Shown here: piece by piece, positions 61,752-64,000 of the stretch
Layout of the letters: each line of letters begins with the position of its first letter
Numbering within the stretch: the first letter of the stretch is position 1
Assembly (NCBI RefSeq): GCF_000419525.1
Contig: NZ_ATTE01000001.1
Coordinates: 2,028,655-2,092,654, forward strand
Length of the DNA stretch: 64,000 bases
Direction: 5' to 3'
DNA from: Leucothrix mucor DSM 2157
GTDB taxonomy: Bacteria > Pseudomonadota > Gammaproteobacteria > Thiotrichales > Thiotrichaceae
Position numbers and translations under genes: made by a program
Notes under the pieces: generated by a model
The model's input: the letters and a program-made list of their open reading frames with translations, nothing else
The model's database searches: none
What the model was told of the DNA's origin: nothing

Positions 61752-61767
61752 ATATGAGGTGATAATC

Positions 61768-62067
61768 ATGAAGACTGCAGCCATCAATGCACGTATAGCC
61801 CCTGAGCTAAAAGAAGATGTTGAGTCCATCTTATCTCGTCTTGGCATGACAACAACGCAAGCAATTACCATGTATTTTGAGCAGATCAAGATGAAGCGTG
61901 GTTTACCTTTTTCCGTCACCTTAGCCGATGATGCTGAGCTGCAAGCAGCCACGCCACAGGCTAAAGGCTGGCCCGAGGGCTATTTCGAGAGCTTAGCTGC
62001 TTGGGAAGGAGAAGATATTGTTCGACCGGATCAAGGTGAATACGAAACGCGCTTGGAGTTTGATTAA
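61768..62067 (+). CDS. Type II antitoxin, RHH/DinJ-RelB-like (partner of PIN toxin)
   Basis: About 99 aa from the ATG at 61768 (RBS GAGG). N-terminal ribbon-helix-helix region ARIAPELKEDVESILSRLGMTTTQAITMYFEQI. Its stop overlaps the vapC start (TAATG). Confidence 0.6.
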   Translation: MKTAAINARIAPELKEDVESILSRLGMTTTQAITMYFEQIKMKRGLPFSVTLADDAELQAATPQAKGWPEGYFESLAAWEGEDIVRPDQGEYETRLEFD

Positions 62068-62465
62068 TGTATTTACTGGATACAAATACCTGCATTCAAA
62101 TCATTAATCGCCCTACGGGTGTCGTTGCAGAGCGGTTCCGTCGACACGAGCCTCATGAAATCAATTTGTGCAGTGTTGTAAAAGCAGAATTATATTACGG
62201 AGCCCGAAAAAGCCAGCAGGTGGAATCAAACCTTGAACGGATGAAGTTCTTCTTCGCACCATTAGGAAGCCTCCCTTTTGATGATCGTTGCGCCGCAGAG
62301 TATGGTCAAATCAAAGCGATCTTGGCAGCTCAAGGCCAGCTGATTGGGCCGAATGATTTACTGATTGCGGCTATTGCTCGTGCTTACGACGCCGTGTTTG
62401 TCACCAATAATACTCGTGAGTTTTCTCGGGTCACAGGCTTACGTTTAGAAGACTGGCAATCCTAG
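62067..62465 (+). CDS. vapC: PIN-domain toxin VapC
   Basis: 132 aa with PIN acidic residues (LLDTN ... E ... D ... NTREF). Confidence 0.8.
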   Translation: MYLLDTNTCIQIINRPTGVVAERFRRHEPHEINLCSVVKAELYYGARKSQQVESNLERMKFFFAPLGSLPFDDRCAAEYGQIKAILAAQGQLIGPNDLLIAAIARAYDAVFVTNNTREFSRVTGLRLEDWQS

Positions 62466-62609
62466 GTACTGCCGTTAGCAAATTTTAGGAGATACATGCC
62501 CATATGACATTGCGTGTATTTCCCCCTAACAGTGTTATATTGAGGCTCCCCAATCAACCATCCACCTCAGCTCAGTCTGTTGCGTGGTGGTTCCCCTCAG
62601 GAGCGCTGC

Positions 62610-64000
62610 ATGCAAATCATTTCAACCAACGTCTACGTCGGGCCTAACGTCTTTGCTTTATTTCCAGTCATTCGCCATGTCATCGATATTGGTGTGCTGG
62701 AAGACTACCCTTCCGTCGTCTTGGGTGATGCATTTATTGATGGCTTGGTTAGCGCAATCCCCAGCCTAGCCGAACACGGTTGCTCCTACGGTGAGCCCGG
62801 TGGATTCTTGCGCCGCTTGCGTGAAGACGAAGGCACGTGGATGGGCCACATCTGGGAACACGTCGTGCTGGAATTACAAAGTTTGGCAGGCTCCGATGTC
62901 ACCTTTGGTAAAACGCGCAGCGCCACCAAGCCCGGCCAATACAATATGGTCTTTGAATACCGCCAGCGTGACGTGGGCTTAGCCGCCGGAAAACTTGGTC
63001 GCAGCTTACTGATTTCCTTGTTACCTAAGGAGATTGCCAAGCAATTACATACTGACATCGATGCAGACTTTAATTTTGAAACCGAGCTGCATGACTTTAT
63101 CCGCTTTGCACAACGCAAAGAATTTGGCCCGAGTACCGCCTCATTAGTGCATGCCGCTGAAGCGCGCAATATCCCATGGATTCGCTTAAACAATTACTCG
63201 CTGGTGCAGTTCGGGCAAGGCAAACACCAACAACGCATTCAAGCCACCATCACCAGCCATACCAACCACATTGCAGTTGAAATCTCCTGCGATAAAGAAG
63301 ACACCCATAATTTGCTAAGCGATTTGGGCCTGCCAGTGCCACGACAACAAATGATTCACAGCGCTGAGCAAGCCGTAAGAGCCGCTAAGCGAATTGGCTT
63401 TCCGGTTGTGGTTAAGCCACTGAATGCCAATCATGGTCGCGGTGTATCGATCAATTTACGCAGCGATGAAGAGGTCACTACCGCCTTTGATTTTGCCCGC
63501 ACCCAAGGCACCAGCCGAGCAGTATTGGTGGAATCTTACCTGACCGGAATGGATCATCGCATGTTGGTGGTCAATGGCGAGCTGGTGGCGGTTGCCAAAC
63601 GCGTTCCAGGACACGTCACCGGTGATGGCAAGCACACGATTAGCGAGTTAATTGAGATTGTAAACAGCGACCCACGACGAGGTGTGGGTCATGAAAAGGT
63701 ATTAACCCAGCTATTAATGGATGACCAAGCCCAGCGCTTGTTAGCCAATGCCGGCCACACGCCAGACAGTATTTTGGATGAAGGCAACATTCTCTACTTA
63801 CGGGATACCGCCAATTTATCAACCGGCGGCACCGCGATTGATATGACCGATCAGGTGCATCCTGATAACCGTGAAATGGCCGTGCGTGCGATTACCGCTG
63901 TTGGCTTGGATGTTGGTGGCGTGGATTTCCTAACCTCCGATATTACCCAATCGTATAAAGATGTCGGCGGCGGGATTGTTGAAGTAAATGCCGCACCAGG
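62610..64000 (+). CDS. cphA: Cyanophycin synthetase, N-terminal part (CDS runs off window end)
   Basis: Open frame from the ATG at 62610 to the window end. It is collinear with the CphA N-domain and ATP-grasp region (HGCSYGEPGGFLRRLREDEGTWMGHIWEHV, GKHQQRIQATI, VVKPLNANHGRGVSINL, LSTGGTAIDMTD). It is absent from the ORF track only because no stop occurs in the window. Confidence 0.85.
   Translation, partial: MQIISTNVYVGPNVFALFPVIRHVIDIGVLEDYPSVVLGDAFIDGLVSAIPSLAEHGCSYGEPGGFLRRLREDEGTWMGHIWEHVVLELQSLAGSDVTFGKTRSATKPGQYNMVFEYRQRDVGLAAGKLGRSLLISLLPKEIAKQLHTDIDADFNFETELHDFIRFAQRKEFGPSTASLVHAAEARNIPWIRLNNYSLVQFGQGKHQQRIQATITSHTNHIAVEISCDKEDTHNLLSDLGLPVPRQQMIHSAEQAVRAAKRIGFPVVVKPLNANHGRGVSINLRSDEEVTTAFDFARTQGTSRAVLVESYLTGMDHRMLVVNGELVAVAKRVPGHVTGDGKHTISELIEIVNSDPRRGVGHEKVLTQLLMDDQAQRLLANAGHTPDSILDEGNILYLRDTANLSTGGTAIDMTDQVHPDNREMAVRAITAVGLDVGGVDFLTSDITQSYKDVGGGIVEVNAAP

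Overview
The window is gammaproteobacterial chromosome. The run coaBC-dut-algC-argB and a histone-H1-like nucleoid gene suggest a Pseudomonadales/Oceanospirillales-type genome. Overall GC is about 47-50% by eye.

Most of the window is ordinary core genome. Recognisable genes in order:
- 0-21 kb: rluD (5' end), bamD, radC, coaBC, dut, algC-like PMM/PGM, argB, a PQQ-dependent sugar dehydrogenase fused to a cytochrome c, dsbB, grxD, creD, selU/mnmH, mnmA, hflD, gltX, nitronate monooxygenase, a split BLUF and EAL pair, and an aldo/keto reductase.
- 34.9-46.8 kb: LacI-family regulator, EamA and MFS transporters, ppnN, a TetR + RND efflux pair, tRNA-Thr(TGT), an FAD-dependent oxidoreductase and a UspA.
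- 49-64 kb: a four-gene bufferin-type RiPP cluster (DUF2282, DUF692, DUF2063, DoxX), pirin, an amine oxidase, an alpha/beta hydrolase, a GGDEF cyclase, fumC, a galactose-oxidase-like secreted protein, a vapBC pair, and the 5' part of cyanophycin synthetase cphA running off the window end.

The stand-out region is 21.2-34.8 kb.
- A clear rtcR orthologue (CARF + sigma-54 AAA+ activator) sits at 33.2-34.8 kb.
- It is divergent from a good sigma-54 -24/-12 promoter on the minus strand.
- That promoter drives no rtcB, rtcA or rsr. Instead it reads into a non-canonical tRNA-like element (CAT anticodon, U1, C37, no CCA), flanked by tetraloop hairpins and reminiscent of YrlA-type Y-RNA tRNA mimics.
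- Next comes an SPFH/band-7 gene, and then a low-GC (about 40%) two-gene cassette: a 1100-aa protein with no recognisable domain, followed 6 nt later by a 2105-aa DEAD/DEAH helicase with DUF1998-like Cys4 clusters and a roughly 650-aa unknown C-terminal region.
- This cassette has the architecture of Druantia type III (druH-druE).
- It ends at its own terminator, next to an H1-like nucleoid gene.

I read this as a candidate defence island placed in, or downstream of, an RtcR-controlled locus (RtcR senses RNA damage). The regulatory wiring is my inference and needs RNA-seq, an rtcR deletion and phage assays to confirm.

No integrase, transposase, CRISPR array or rRNA was seen.
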